Shown piece after piece: positions 38,881 to 51,419 of a stretch of DNA of 64,000 nt. The stretch comes from Heptranchias perlo. Its lineage: Eukaryota. How positions within the stretch are numbered: the stretch's first letter is position 1; every line of letters starts with the position of its first letter. The position numbers were made by a program, and so were the translations under genes. Below the pieces are notes generated by a model, which worked only from the letters and a program-made list of their open reading frames with translations, was not told where the DNA came from and made no database searches. The DNA lies in contig NC_090340.1 of NCBI RefSeq assembly GCF_035084215.1, forward strand, positions 14,942,001-15,006,000. Direction: 5' to 3'.

Positions 38881-41155
38881 ATAAGAACATAAGAAATTGG
38901 AGCAGGAGTAGTCTATAAGGTTCGCTCGAGCCTGGTCCGCCATTCAATAAGATCATGGTTGATATTCTACCTCAACTCGACTTTCCCACCCTATCCCCAT
39001 TTCCCCTGATCCCCTTAGTTTACAAATATCCATCGATCTCAGCCTTAAATATACTCAAAGACACAGCATCCACAGTCCTCTGGCAAAGAGCATTCCAGAG
39101 ATTCACAATATTCTAAGTGAAGAAATTTCTCCTCATCTCGGTCCTAAATGGACGACCCCTTATCTTGACACTATGATCTCTAGTTCTAGACTCTCCAGCC
39201 AGGTGAAACAGCCGCTCAGCATCTATCCTGTCAAGCCCTCTAAGAATTTTATACGTTTCAATGAGATCACCTCTCATTCTTCCAAACTCCAGAGAATATA
39301 GGCCCATTCTACTCAATCTATCCTCATAGGACAACCCTTTTGTCCCAGGAATCAATCTGGTGAACCTTCCTTGCACCGTTTCTAAGCAAGGTACATCCTT
39401 ACGTAAGGAGACCAAAACTGTACACAATTCTTCAAATGTGGTCTCACTGGAGCCCGATATAATTGCAAGACTTCCTTACTCTTATACTCCTACCCCCTTC
39501 CAATAACATATTGTTTGCCTTCCTAATTGCTTGATTATCCTACATGTTGACTTTCTGTGATTCATGTACATGGACAGACAAATTCCCATGATTATCAATA
39601 TTTCTGGGTCTGTTTTTCTATTCTTCCTACCAAAGTGGATAATTTCACATTTATCGGCGTCATCCTCCATCTGCCACCTTCTTACGTCCTCCTTGCAGTT
39701 TACTTTCCAACCTAACCTATACATTAGACTCGGTCCCCTCATCTGAGTCATTAATATATATTGTAAACAATTGAGGCCCAAGCACTGATCCCTGTGGCAC
39801 CCCACTAGGTACAACCTGCCAACCTGAAAATTAGCCGTTCATTACTACTCTCTGATTTCTTTCCGTTAGCCAATCCTCAATCCATGCTAATCTGTTGCTC
39901 CCAATCTCATGATCCCTAATCTTGTGGTAACAACCTGTTGAGTGGTATCTTATCAAATGCCTTTTGGAAATCCAATTATTACATCCACTGATTCTCCCTT
40001 ATCTACCCTGCTAGTCACACCCTCAACAGATTCTAACAAATTTGTCAAACACGATTTCCCTTTCACACAACCGTGTTGACTCTGCCTAATCATATTATCA
40101 TTTTCTAAGTACCCTGTTACCACGTCTTTAATAATAGATTCCAGCATATTTCCGACTACTGATATCAGGCTAACTGGCCTATAGTTCCCTGTTTTCTCTC
40201 TCCCTCCTTTCATGAAAAGCGGGGCTACATTTGCCACCTTCCAATCCACGGGGACCATTCCACAATCTTGGGAAATCTGGAAGATCAAAACCAATGTATC
40301 AACTATCTCTGTAGTTACCTTTTTTAAAACCCTAGGATGTAGGCCATCAGGTCCAGGGGATTTGTTGGCTTTTAGTCCCAATAATTTATCCAATACTTTT
40401 TCTTTACTAATCTTAATTATTTTGTGTTCATCACTCTCATTGGACCCTTGTTTTTCCATTATTTCCGGTATGTTTTTTGTGTCTTCTATTGTGAAGACCG
40501 ATGCAAAATATTTGTTTAATGTCTCTGCCATTTCCTTGTTCCCCATTACAATTTCTTCTGTCTCTGCCTCAAAGGGATCCAAGTTTACTTTTGTTAACCT
40601 CTCCCTTTTTACATACTTGTAGAATCTCTTACAATCTATTTTCATATTCCTTGCTAGTTTGCTCTTATATTCAATTTTCTCCCTCTTTATCAATTCCTTG
40701 GTCACCCTTTACTGATTTCCAAAACCCTCCCAATCCTCAGGTTTACTACTATTTTTTGGCAACATTGTGAGCCTCTTCTTTTAATCTAATACTATCCTTA
40801 AATTTTCTAGTTAGCGACGGTTGGATCACTTTTCCCATGGGATTTTTATTTCTTAAGGGAATGTATACTTATTGAGAATTATGAATTATTGCTTTAAATG
40901 TTCGTCATTGCTTATATACCATCATATCTTTTAATGTCATGTCACAATCTACCTTATTCAACTTGCCCCTCATACCGATGTAAAAGGCTTTGTTTAAATT
41001 TAAGACCCGAGTTTCAGACTTAACCAGATCATTCTCGAACTCAATATGAAGTTCTGTTATATCATGACCACGCTCCCCCAGAGGATCCTTAACTATATGA
41101 TTGCTAATTAAACTTGTCTTATTACACAATACTAGATCTAAAATAGCCTGTGCCC
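38881..41155 (-). mobile_element. CR1 LINE (3' tail to mid-endonuclease) truncating the V pseudo-exon
   Basis: ORF 39953-40705 contains KSPGPDGLHPRVLK and NYRPVSL. The tail taagaacataagaa is at 38882. Confidence 0.9.
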
Positions 41156-41159
41156 TAAT

Positions 41160-41575
41160 TCTCCAACCATCCCTGTGCTCGCTGATCTACATTGTCTCCC
41201 AGTCCCGGAAGGCCTCGTTTTTAATTTTCTCATCCTTGTTTTCAAATACCTCCATGGCCTCGATCCTCCCTATCTCTGTAACCTCCTCCAGCTCTTCGAC
41301 ATCTCTGCTCTCCTTCAATTCTTGCCTCTTGCGCAGACCCGATTTTAATCGCTCCGCAATTGGCTGTCGAGTCTTCAGCTGCCTAGACCCTAAGCTCGGT
41401 AATTCCCTCCCTAAACCTCTCCGCCTTTCTATCTCTCCTCCTTAAGACGCTCCTTAAAACCCAACTCTTTGTCCAAGCTTTAGATCACCTGCCCTAATAC
41501 CTCCTTATGTGGCTGCTGTGATGCGCCTTGGGATGTTTAGCTACATTAAAGGCGGTGTATAAATGCAAGTCTTTT
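41160..41575 (+). mobile_element. L2 LINE 3' fragment
   Basis: LILVFKYLHGL-like coding and tail gcgccttgggatg...ggcggtgtataaatgcaagt. Confidence 0.7.
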
Positions 41576-41939
41576 TCTCACCAACGTTTTTCAGAAAACA
41601 TTGCCGCTTATTATCCAAAACCTGATTATGAACGATCTCTGATGGACCCCACTTTGTATTGATTTAGCATTAGGTCACGTTAAAGTAGTGGGCAGAGGAT
41701 GGCCAGTGTACACATCAACGTCCTGCGAAATTCATCTCGAGATGATCGCACTCGCACCTCCATTCCGGCATCTTAACTCATCACGAAACAACACTGACTG
41801 CACGAGTTTTAGTAAATTCTGCACTTGGAAAGAAAATATTTTCCCTTACTCTTTGCTGTACGTGACACATTCAACAGTCGAATAAGTGCAGAAATTAGCA
41901 TATTGCTCTGAACAAACGAAGCATCTGTTCTAAAGCCGC

Positions 41940-42055
41940 AGTTACAGGATGTCAAACGACGTTGCGACGCATCTCAAGAAAAACAACCACAAACTATTCT
42001 TAACAGTGGCAAACTCGTAATTAGTGCAGTGCGTCAGTTTAATCTGTTGCTCAGA
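41940..42055 (+). promoter_or_regulatory. Candidate proximal promoter with ETS-like (ACAGGATGT, 41944) and RUNX (AACCACA, 41985) sites
   Basis: Motif matches 65-110 bp upstream of the ATG. The paralog has aaccacc at the equivalent position (~38153). Confidence 0.35.
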
Positions 42056-42110
42056 ATGTCGGCGAGTATGGTGTTTCTGTGCTTGACGCTCCGGGGGATT
42101 ATTTACACAG
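42056..42110 (+). CDS. Exon 1, leader peptide MSASMVFLCLTLRGIIYT
   Basis: ATG at 42056, donor ACAG|gtacct, phase 1. Confidence 0.85.
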
Positions 42111-45100
42111 GTACCTCTTTATTCACAAGAACAGCTACTTTAATTTATAAAATGTTTCCGAAGTAATTTCCACATAAACGAAGTGAAAGTAATTCCTCTC
42201 TCTCGATTCATTTTCTCTCTCTTCCATCTCCATGTCGTATCCAATAAAACTAACCCGTACTTGACTAAATTTTCTGACAGCTGCGGACCACAGTTCGTTC
42301 AGAGTGACTCAAACGCCCAAACAGGCGACTGTATCCATAGGGGGAAATATCACCTTCTACTGCATATTCCCCATCTCTCAAACCCATTCCTGGGTAAGAG
42401 TGTATTGGTCGAAACAGGGTGAGGATGAATACCTGCACAGAAGGGGCGATAAGAGAAAACGATTTGGTCTGGAAGGTAAAGCGAGCGGTTTCTTTCAGTT
42501 ACGGAACGCGACTTTCCAAGACTCTGGAGTCTATCACTGCGCAGTGATCCGACAGGGAACAGTTGGAGAAGATGGAAACGGATCGCATCTAATTGTGCAT
42601 GGCAAGTGTGAAACACCGGAGAGCGGGACTGTCGTAAACATATCAAACATAACAAACGGGAATTTTTTTGTGATTTGCTTTATTGTACAGTTTCTGACAG
42701 TATAAACATTTCTATGAACACTTTTTGCGAGATAGATAAGTTTTATGTTCGTGTTCTCTGCATAGAACTGCCAATTAGGTAGTACAATATAACCCTCCAC
42801 ACGCAGGGTACTGTAAAATGTATCAATGTTAAGCAATTGGACTGTAACTCCAAATAAATTTATACACCAGAGGTTTGATAGCGGAATTTCGGAAAAAAAA
42901 TTCAAGCTGAATGAAAATTGTTTATATTAATGCGCTTTCCCCACTATAGACACGGTTGTTAGCCCATTTTGGCTGCTCTGTCTGCCCCCATCGCTGCCTC
43001 TGGGGTTTGACATTCTTGAAATTAATTCTCACATGATGATTGGCTCGTTAGCGTCACGGATTTGAAAGCCAGCGTCCAACTAACTGTTGATCAACCGATT
43101 CACTCAACAAAGTGGAGCTCGGAATTCACAACGTTGTCACCTCACTAACCTCCAATAATTACAATAATACGCAGGAACTGTGTTGCTGAAATCTCCTGAT
43201 ATAGTTTCTTTCACCAATCGTCATGCTTCGGCTGTGAGATCTGTCCGATACCGACTAATGCCCTGGTTTTATCATCGGCAATGTGTAGATTACTCGATTA
43301 CTCGTCACTGTCTAACTGAGTAAAAAAATGGAGGACTGGGCGCGCCAACTTTACCCAGGGTTTATTTCTTTAATTCTTTGGACTATGAAACGCGACATTG
43401 ATTAGCGATTGTTGCGACGTGTCTGCCGTGTAACTCAAAGTTTTGGACTCGATGGTGCATGTAAAATTGAACAGATACCGGTGACGATGAATGATATGGA
43501 TGAGGTGTGTGTTGACGATGTGCCGAACTTTAACAGGACAGGCGGCCGTGTTTTGGAATGGTGCTGTTTTAATAAAATGGACCGAAGGTAAAGAATCATA
43601 TTTAATTTCTCCCAATGGTGCCAAGTAACTCGACTTTGTTCATTGTCTGTTCCGCAGCTCCCCCAACTCCACTGAAGATTGCCTCCAGGACAGCTGAGGG
43701 GAATCCATCTGCGTCTCTGACTCTTGTGTGTGAAACGGCAAAGTTTTTTCCGGAGAATTTCACCCTCGCTTGGTGTAAAAACGGCGTTGTAATTGCAACA
43801 GGAATAAATACCATTAAACGGCAGAACACTGAGGGGCTGTATGAAGTTTCCAGCTCTTTGGAAGAGACGCAGCCTGTCCCGATCGGCGCCAATTATACCT
43901 GTTTGGTATCTCATATCTCCCTCCAGACTCCTGCTGTTGTGACCTATACTGTTACGAAATCTAAACAAGGTACGAGGCCAACAGTCCAAAAGGGCAGTTA
44001 AAATCGCAAACAGCTATTTCGTAGAATTTGTACATATTGAAAATCATGAAGATAGTTCACGGGAAACTCATGGGAAATATCAACGAATACATAAAATTCT
44101 TGTTTTATTGTATAATATAATTGAACTCGATGTGTTGTAAAACACGGTTATATCGTCCGGTACACAAATATTCTCAGTCAAATCTTATTTGCCTTCAACT
44201 TCCTCTATTTCAGGAATAACAAATATAAACAGGAGTTTATCTTTTGTATCCCATTATATTTCCTCTCCTGCTTATTATTAATACTTTTACGGTTTTTTTT
44301 TCTATGTTAAACTGGTTTTATTCTTTACCACTGCCGGCTTTCCCTGTATCAGGACAATTACCAGGAGCTGCAGTGGACGTGTTTGCTCTTTGGCTTCTTC
44401 CAATGCAGTTCTCAATCCTGTGAACCCCCCTTCCCCTTCCGGCTACGTCTGGTGCACAGTTCTGAACTGAAATCTCTGTCCAACTTCTACCCCACATCTC
44501 TTCATGCCACAGCGGGTTCGATTGGGACCTCTCTCATAAATCTCATGTAAACTGTACCCTCAACTTGGTTACAGTGCAGCCGGTTCACTATATCATTTGA
44601 TTAACAATTCTTAGCTTTGCCAGACAATAATTAATAAACCGTCGCCCGTTGATCTCCTTTACTCGTCAATGACATTTTTACTTTAATAAATACAGTGCGG
44701 ATAATTGAATGAGGGTTATTAACCAATTGCTGCAATCCCGAATTTTGTTCGGGCAGCGAGTAAACCCGTGAGAACAAATTCCCCCCACCGATTTTCTCAA
44801 ACTATATGTTAATGAATAAGAATGGTCAAGGACATGGACAAGTCATTCGGTCCAGGGAAATTTATCCCCTTCATTTTCTAATTTTCCTAAAACATTGTTT
44901 TGTGATCCCTAAACGGTAGTCACCTTCGCAGATTAATCCAGAACGTCTCATCTATTCGATGAAGGAGTTACTTCAAATGTTATATCTAAAAAAATAACGT
45001 TTTTTTATTTACACTTTCTTATTTTTGTTCTGTACAGCGGAATGACTGAAAGCATCAATAGTTTAACCAATACACTATCGTGCGGCCTCTTTTTAGCAAA

Positions 45101-46730
45101 CGCCCGTCACAACTTAATGTTCCTATTAATCTTACAGCTAGTGTCATTTACTTCTGGGCTCTTGGGTGTGCGATGGGTGGATTGGCGTTTCTCGTGCTGA
45201 TGATCGTCATTGGGAAGCGGTGCCGTCTGCAGAATAAAGAAGGTAAGATCTACTGTAAAAGCTTGATTTTAGACGAAACCTCAGGGTGAGAGTCTCCGGG
45301 TAACAGAGAGGAAGCAGAACTCGATTTTAACTTAAAGTTGAAGGCAATGGTTTCTGTTTTCAGGGAGCGCAGATTGTTCCAACTACACGTTAAAACGCAG
45401 AAATCCTCACATAATTGTATTAAAATTTGCGATCATTATCTGGATGTTTGCAACAGAAATTGACAATATACAGCAAGTGATAAATTAACTGTATCCTGGC
45501 ACACAGTCACTTTCCAACCCATTACTTTGTAGGTGCGTAATGAGTTTGAGTGAAACCGTGTGAGGCCCCGGTCCTGGAATGGTTGTGCACCGTTGTTAAT
45601 CGCTACAGGGGTTGGGATTCAAACATTGTCAGCACAAACTGAAATTGAAAATTATGTTCGCTTTCTACCGAATCTAGAAATTTCTTTGATATCGCTGAAT
45701 GGAAACTGAGTAAATTTGTCAATCTTTCAATTTAATTTAATTGGTTTGCAGGTGAAGAGGGGCGTGTAATGGGACCGACCCGCCATGAAGAGCTGGTACG
45801 TTCATTCATTCATGCTCTGCAGAGGGTTCAAATGTGAAGAAAGATTGCTTTCATGGAGAGATGTTATCACAATCATGTCAGTACGTTAGGTGGCGGACAA
45901 GAAAACTGCCAGTTTCGTTTAAAATGTACCTATGTTTTAACGGTTTATAGATTAATCTATTCCTTTAATTTGAAAAAATTACTTTTATGTTCTAAAGCGG
46001 CCTTTCATTCAAACATTTCTGTAACACAGTGTTGTAGAGCGTATACTGACAGGTTTAAATATTAGTTATAGTGACCACAGCACTCATTGGTCTCAATATT
46101 CTTACTTATGCCAATATATTAATTATGCTTTGTGCACTTGATCTCTAGCCCAGGTCATTCTGCTCAATGTTTGGTAAGCAGTTCTTAACCTGGTGAAGGC
46201 AATGAACTAGGTACGTAATCAATCATTTGCTTTGTGGCCCATGCAGGGAACAGAGGCTGAGATCGTGCATTATGCTGCATTAGATTTGAGCAAAGCCAGG
46301 AAAACTCCAAGACGTAAAGATGAAGAGGAGAGGACCGTGTACGCTCAGGTAGGGATGAGTAACAGATCAGAGAAACATAGATCATGAGTGTAACACCAAC
46401 ATTCATGCGATAGTGGAGTATTTCGGGTTGTGCTGACTTTGATCGTGTGATGTATCTAAAGCTATTTGTGTATTATGCTGATGACTGTTTAGAGCAGCAG
46501 TCCACAAAACTTGCAAAACGACCAATCAACAATATTTCCAAACATTGGCTTTACAGAACAAACAAGGGGCAGCCCGTGACAAGCTGACATACGCAACGCT
46601 AGCATTGACTGGCTCAGGGAAAAGGGCGCAATACAAAAATGACGAAAGAAGCACCGACTATGCCGAGCTACAAACGCAAAACCAAAGAAGAGTAACAGAG
46701 GCTGTTTACTCCGAAGCAAGAATCAAATAG
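42056..46730 (+). CDS. Ig-superfamily inhibitory receptor, germline VJ-type V + C1 + TM + ITIM/ITSM tail (SIRP-like), 7 exons, ~370 aa
   Basis: Exons 42056-42110, 42281-42601, 43658-43969, 45138-45242, 45752-45795, 46247-46348 and 46557-46730 join in one open frame (1113 nt) with intron phases 1,1,1,1,0,0. Confidence 0.88.
42281..42601 (+). CDS. Exon 2, V-set domain with J-like G strand
   Basis: VTQTP..ITFYC..VYW..DSGVYHC..GNGSHLIVH. Acceptor tttctgacag, donor G|gcaagt (GC). Confidence 0.9.
43658..43969 (+). CDS. Exon 3, C1-set domain
   Basis: LTLVCETAKFFPENFTLAW..GLYEVSSSL..YTCLVSHISL. Acceptor ttccgcag, donor CAAG|gtacga. Confidence 0.92.
45138..45242 (+). CDS. Exon 4, transmembrane
   Basis: SVIYFWALGCAMGGLAFLVLMIVIG-KRCR with no charged TM residue. 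Acceptor cttacag, donor G|gtaaga. Confidence 0.88.
45752..45795 (+). CDS. Exon 5, cytoplasmic spacer GEEGRVMGPTRHEEL
   Basis: Acceptor tttgcag, donor CTG|gtacgt. Converts phase 1 to phase 0 as required. Confidence 0.75.
46247..46348 (+). CDS. Exon 6, cytoplasmic, ITIM VHYAAL and TVYAQ (missed by the ORF track)
   Basis: GTEAEIVHYAALDLSKARKTPRRKDEEERTVYAQ. Acceptor atgcag, donor CAG|gtaggg, phase 0/0. Confidence 0.82.
46557..46730 (+). CDS. Exon 7, cytoplasmic, ITIM LTYATL, TDYAEL, AVYSEA, stop
   Basis: Acceptor ctttacag, TAG at 46728-46730. Confidence 0.85.
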   Translation, partial: NKQGAARDKLTYATLALTGSGKRAQYKNDERSTDYAELQTQNQRRVTEAVYSEARIK

Positions 46731-47066
46731 CGATAGAATTTTAGATGTAGAATTCATTTTTTTTGGTGTCCACTGATCGGCTTCCGCTGCGGTATCAACT
46801 AAATGCCTGTGTGTACACCGTGTGATACCATACCACCGAGAGGTAACCCATTTCAGCGTGATATTAGAGAATGCAGCCTCTAGTCTTTACTTACTGTTTA
46901 ACTGTTTCCTGAAATTTCATTTTGTTGATTTTAAGAAAAAACGAACTTTCCTGACATACTTTCATATTAAATCTTTATTGTTTAACTAAAGACAAATCTC
47001 TACACTTTCAATTACAATGATTCGCTAATAGTCTTGGTATACCTAATTATCTTCACACCTAAATTC

Positions 47067-47072
47067 AATAAA
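47067..47072 (+). terminator. Candidate polyadenylation signal of the receptor gene
   Basis: AATAAA ~340 bp after the stop codon. Confidence 0.55.
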
Positions 47073-47309
47073 AATAGATTATTTACGATCTCTTACAAAT
47101 CAACGATTCGCGCTCCTTTTTTGGGAGATAAACTACTAAACCTGTGTGTTGATTTATGTGTAACGTTACTGCGTTCTGACTTCCTGTCCTGGTGGCGCTC
47201 CTGATATGGAATGCAGGAATTTCCAGGCTATGGACTCGTCCACAAACCGACCGAACGTAGCTTTCAGTTGTTTTATGTCCTCCAAACATCTATTAACCCA
47301 TGTGGCCAG

Positions 47310-48885
47310 GTAGAATCATATATTCGTACAGAACAGAAGGAGTCCATGCGCCTGTTGTGCCTGTGCCTGCTCTTTGAAAGAGCTATCCAATTAGTCTCAA
47401 CCCCTGCACTTTCCCCAAAGCCCTGCAATGTTTTCCTTTTCAAGTATATATCCAATTCCGTTTTGAAAGTTCCCATTGGACCTGCTTCCACCACTGTTGC
47501 CCTTACTTCCAAGATTCATTATCTTGTGATGTTACCTTGTCATTTTTTTGAATATCCATGTAAACGACATCTGCTGCATTTTCTATAACTAGTCTCTCTG
47601 CTGTTTTTCCAAAGCATCCTGAACTCGAATTCAAGCATGATCTGCCTTTTCGAAATCCGTGCTGACTTGCCTTGATCAGCTCAGGTTTCGACAGGAAGAC
47701 AGCAGTTTTATCCCGAAAGACACAGGGCCTGGAAAATGCAAGGAAATGTGCAACTGTTTACCTGCCATCATGTTTCAGTTTACTTCACATTTGATGTTCT
47801 TATCTAATAACAATTCATTACTTCAAAATGGAGTCGAAGTGCTGCAGATTATTTTGATAATTAATTAACCGAAAAAAGTGACACATCTATGTGCAGGAAT
47901 GAAAAGGTCAATGCGTGGGCGTCCTGTGTTCTGATAAAGTTTAAGCGATTAGCTGGGAGTTTTACCGTCTGATGTTAGCTACACTGATGTGTTGCTAAAT
48001 ATTGACACGGGCGAATCGCTTTGTCGACCTAAGTAAATGACATGGATCAGTCGCTCAGCTCGAAGCACCAACACTTCTTGTTCTAAATTTAACTCTGTTA
48101 ATTGCAACATACTGAAAACGTATCTAGTGTCAAATAGCGGCAGTTATTGCTCATCGCATGTTTCAGTGTAATTATAACCACACTTGATGTTCACATTCAA
48201 CTGATATTTTATTTCACGTTTGCCATTGACGCTTCCATAAGAACATAAGAAATGGGAGCAGGAGTAGGCCATATGGCCCCTCGAGACTGTTCCGCCATTC
48301 AATAAGATCATTACTGATCTTCGACCTCAACTCCACTTTCCCGTCCGATCCCCATATCCCTTGATTCATTTAGAGTCCAAAAATATATCGATCTCAATCT
48401 TGAATATACTCAACGACTGAGGATCCAGCTCTGGGGTAAAGAATTCCAAATATTCAGGCCCTCTGAGTGAACAAAATCCTCCTTATCTCTGTCCTAAATG
48501 TCCGACCCCTTATCTTGAGACTATGTCCCCTAGTTCTAGATTCTCCAACCATTGGAAACATCCTCTCAGCATTTAAGCTGTCAAGTCCTCTTAGAATTTT
48601 ATATGATCCAATGAGATTATTTCACATTCTTCTTAACTCCAGAGAGTATATGATCACTCTACTCAATCCTTCCTTATAGGACAACCCTCTCATCCCAGGA
48701 GTCAATCCAGTGAACCTTCGTTGTACTGCCTCGAACACAAGTATATCCTTCCTTAGGTAAGGAGACAAAATTTGCACACAGTTCTCTGGGGGCAGTCTCA
48801 CCAAAGCCCCGTACAATTGCAGCAAGTCTTCTTTACTCTTGTACTCCAACCCGCTTGCAATAAATGCCAAAATACCATTTGCCTT
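47310..48885 (-). mobile_element. CR1 fragments (47310-47680 and 48236-48885)
   Basis: CR1 3' tails and LLQLYGALVRL/VQRRFT motifs. Confidence 0.8.
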
Positions 48886-50492
48886 CATTAACCTGCGCCC
48901 AATCATTGCGATGCAGGCAGCACATGATATTTGTGCTGCCCAGTTATTTAATTGATTCTTGCCAACAGCCAGCCCTAGTTGCTCTGTTGAGTGGCTGCTC
49001 ACCAACAGGGGGACCCAGATATCGCGTGAGTGGCTCGCATCACGTCAAGGCAGCCTGCACCTCTTAAAGGCAGCCTGCACCTCTTGCAAAATATATGATA
49101 CAGGTCTGCACGGTGTCTGAACGGAGAACGCAGATACCGGTCCCATACCTATGTTTACAAGCTGTTGAGTTATGTTGAAACATTGAATAAAGGTTGCATA
49201 GTACTAAATCCCACATCCTCCAATCTACATGGCAGACCTCACCAATTTGCCGATCTGAGTTTGTATCAGGTCTGTATGAGAACATGCCCCTACGTCCTCT
49301 GCTGATGCACTAGAGGCCTGGTTCAAGAGGTGGACAGATGAAGGGGCATCATATATCCGCGTTTCGGGGGGGGGGGGGGGGTGGGGGTGGTGCGTGGCAA
49401 GAGGCCCTCTGGAGATATGCTCAAAAAGCAGTGGGAGTCAGTCGGAGACAAAATCAATGGCAGACCTATAGCACCATGCACATGGATGCAGTGCAGGACG
49501 AAGTTCAATCCTTTGACACGAATGGTCAAGGTGATTGAGGTCAAATGTCAAGTAGCATCTCCTACCAATTGCACCACTAGCCGCATCAACTGCTCCATGC
49601 ACTTCACCCCCCCCCCCCCATCACCCACCTACCAACAAACACTTTCAATCAGTACTCAACTCTTCCAATCAGGTGCTTCCTCTCACCCTCACACATTACC
49701 ACTATTGCAAGCCACACACTCACAACTCACAGGCCACAGGCAGGCAGCTGTTGAACCATGAAAGGCACATCACCCATATATCATGCAAGACACTCACTGA
49801 CAAGCATCCCACTTTCTTGCAGGAGAAGGTGGTGCATGACAGGTGGCAGCAAGTGGCAGTGGCTCCAGGGAACACAAACCTGCTGTCCTGTCTCAGGATG
49901 CCAGCATTTCTGCCCGTGCCCTTGCTGTTGCCTGTCAGCTAGCCAGCCCACTCTCTGTAGAGTATTGTAACTTTATTATCGGAACATAGGAAGTATGCTA
50001 TTTAGCCCCTCGAGCCTCTTCCAATATTCAATGCGATAGAGGTTGATCTGTGACCTAACTCCATACATCCTCCTTAGCCCCATATTCTTTAATACCTTCA
50101 GTTAACAAAAATCTATCAATCTTAGCTTTAAAATTAACAATTGAATGAGCATCAACTGCCATTTGCAGAAGAGCGTTCCAAACTTCTACCACCCTTCCTG
50201 TGTAGAAGCATTTACTAACTTCACCCCTGCAAGTCTTGGCTCTAATTTTTAGTCTACGCCCCATGTTCCAAGTGTTCAAGTATAGGAGACCACCAAAAAA
50301 AGTGCACATGCATCAGCAGCCAGAAGCAATAATACTTTACATGCTGCCTGGGTTCAGGCCGCGCAAACGCTTTCACCAAGGTAACGTCAAGTGCACGTCA
50401 TGCTAGCACGTGGATTCCGGAAGACATTTTGGGTCCTTCAGAGTCCCTGTCGCTCCTGCACAACCAGTACTATGTGGTCCGTTTTATAGCCC
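48886..50492 (+). mobile_element. Second copy of the non-autonomous Harbinger-derived element (Myb remnant + CR1 3' fragment)
   Basis: RPSGDMLKKQWESVGDKINGRPIAPCTWMQCRTKFNPLTRMVK|gtgatt, then ttgcag|EKVVH. Ends gttttatagccc and is colinear with 26400-28093. Confidence 0.72.
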
Positions 50493-51419
50493 TATATTCG
50501 GTTGATCCTTAGGAGGTTGGCAAAACTGTTTCTGCGAACATTTAACTTATTGGAGATTAGTAAGGTGACAATATTGTGAGTTCCAAGATCCAGTTTGTTG
50601 GGTGAATCCATTGATCAGCACGCTGGCTTTCCAGTCTGTGAGAGGAATGGGGGCAGACGGAGCATCTAAAATGGGCAATGTGCCGTGAATATGGCGGGGC
50701 AGGCGTGTACAGATTTACAGCATGTTTTAAAATTATATTTGGAATTTGTTGCGAAGCTTTCGCCATCAGACATCAATTTTAAGTTGAATCCAGGAGCGGG
50801 TTGTATAGCAATGATTATATTTACATTAAGCCACCAGCAAAATACTAATCTACAAGTCTACCGGGACGGAGAGAGCCAAGATGTGCTCCCATTGACATTC
50901 CGAGTTGGATACTTTATCAATAAGTATTCACAGCCACGATTAATTTGCCATGCATGTTTTGGTCTGTATCCTTGCATCTATGTATATATCTGCGCATTTT
51001 CTTTTCAACCGTCTTGTGCATAATCATAGACAGTGTATTCCTTAAGGGGAATGCAAACATGTCGACGCTTCAGCACTGTCTTATCTCCCTTCAGTGTTGT
51101 AACCGGAAATACCTCTCCACTTACTATTGTTGCCTAGCTTCCCCTTGTTATAATGCAGAACTGCTGGTTGGAGGCAGTGTGGTAGCAGGAATTCCGAATG
51201 CAAGTGCCTCTCCTGTGACTTCACGAATGGGGGTGGCTTGCCTCTGCTCAGTGTCCCGATGTGGTTGAAGCGAGATTGCAAGGAGGCACATTGGAAATTC
51301 TTTGCAAAATCTGTCCCTTAATCACCTCCAAACTGCAGTTCTATTGTGTAAAACATTATGATTGGAATAACCTGAATGAGTAATATTCCTCACAAAATTT
51401 TTACAATTATGGAGAAATT

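Noticed and set aside
42281-43969. Rearranging TCR or Ig light-chain locus
   Set aside because: V and the J-like strand are in one exon without RSS, the TM lacks charged CD3-association residues, and the tail carries ITIMs.
44214-44232. Extra stalk exon after ttcctctatttcag
   Set aside because: There is no convincing donor, the site is not conserved in the paralogous intron (~63850), and the model is in frame without it.
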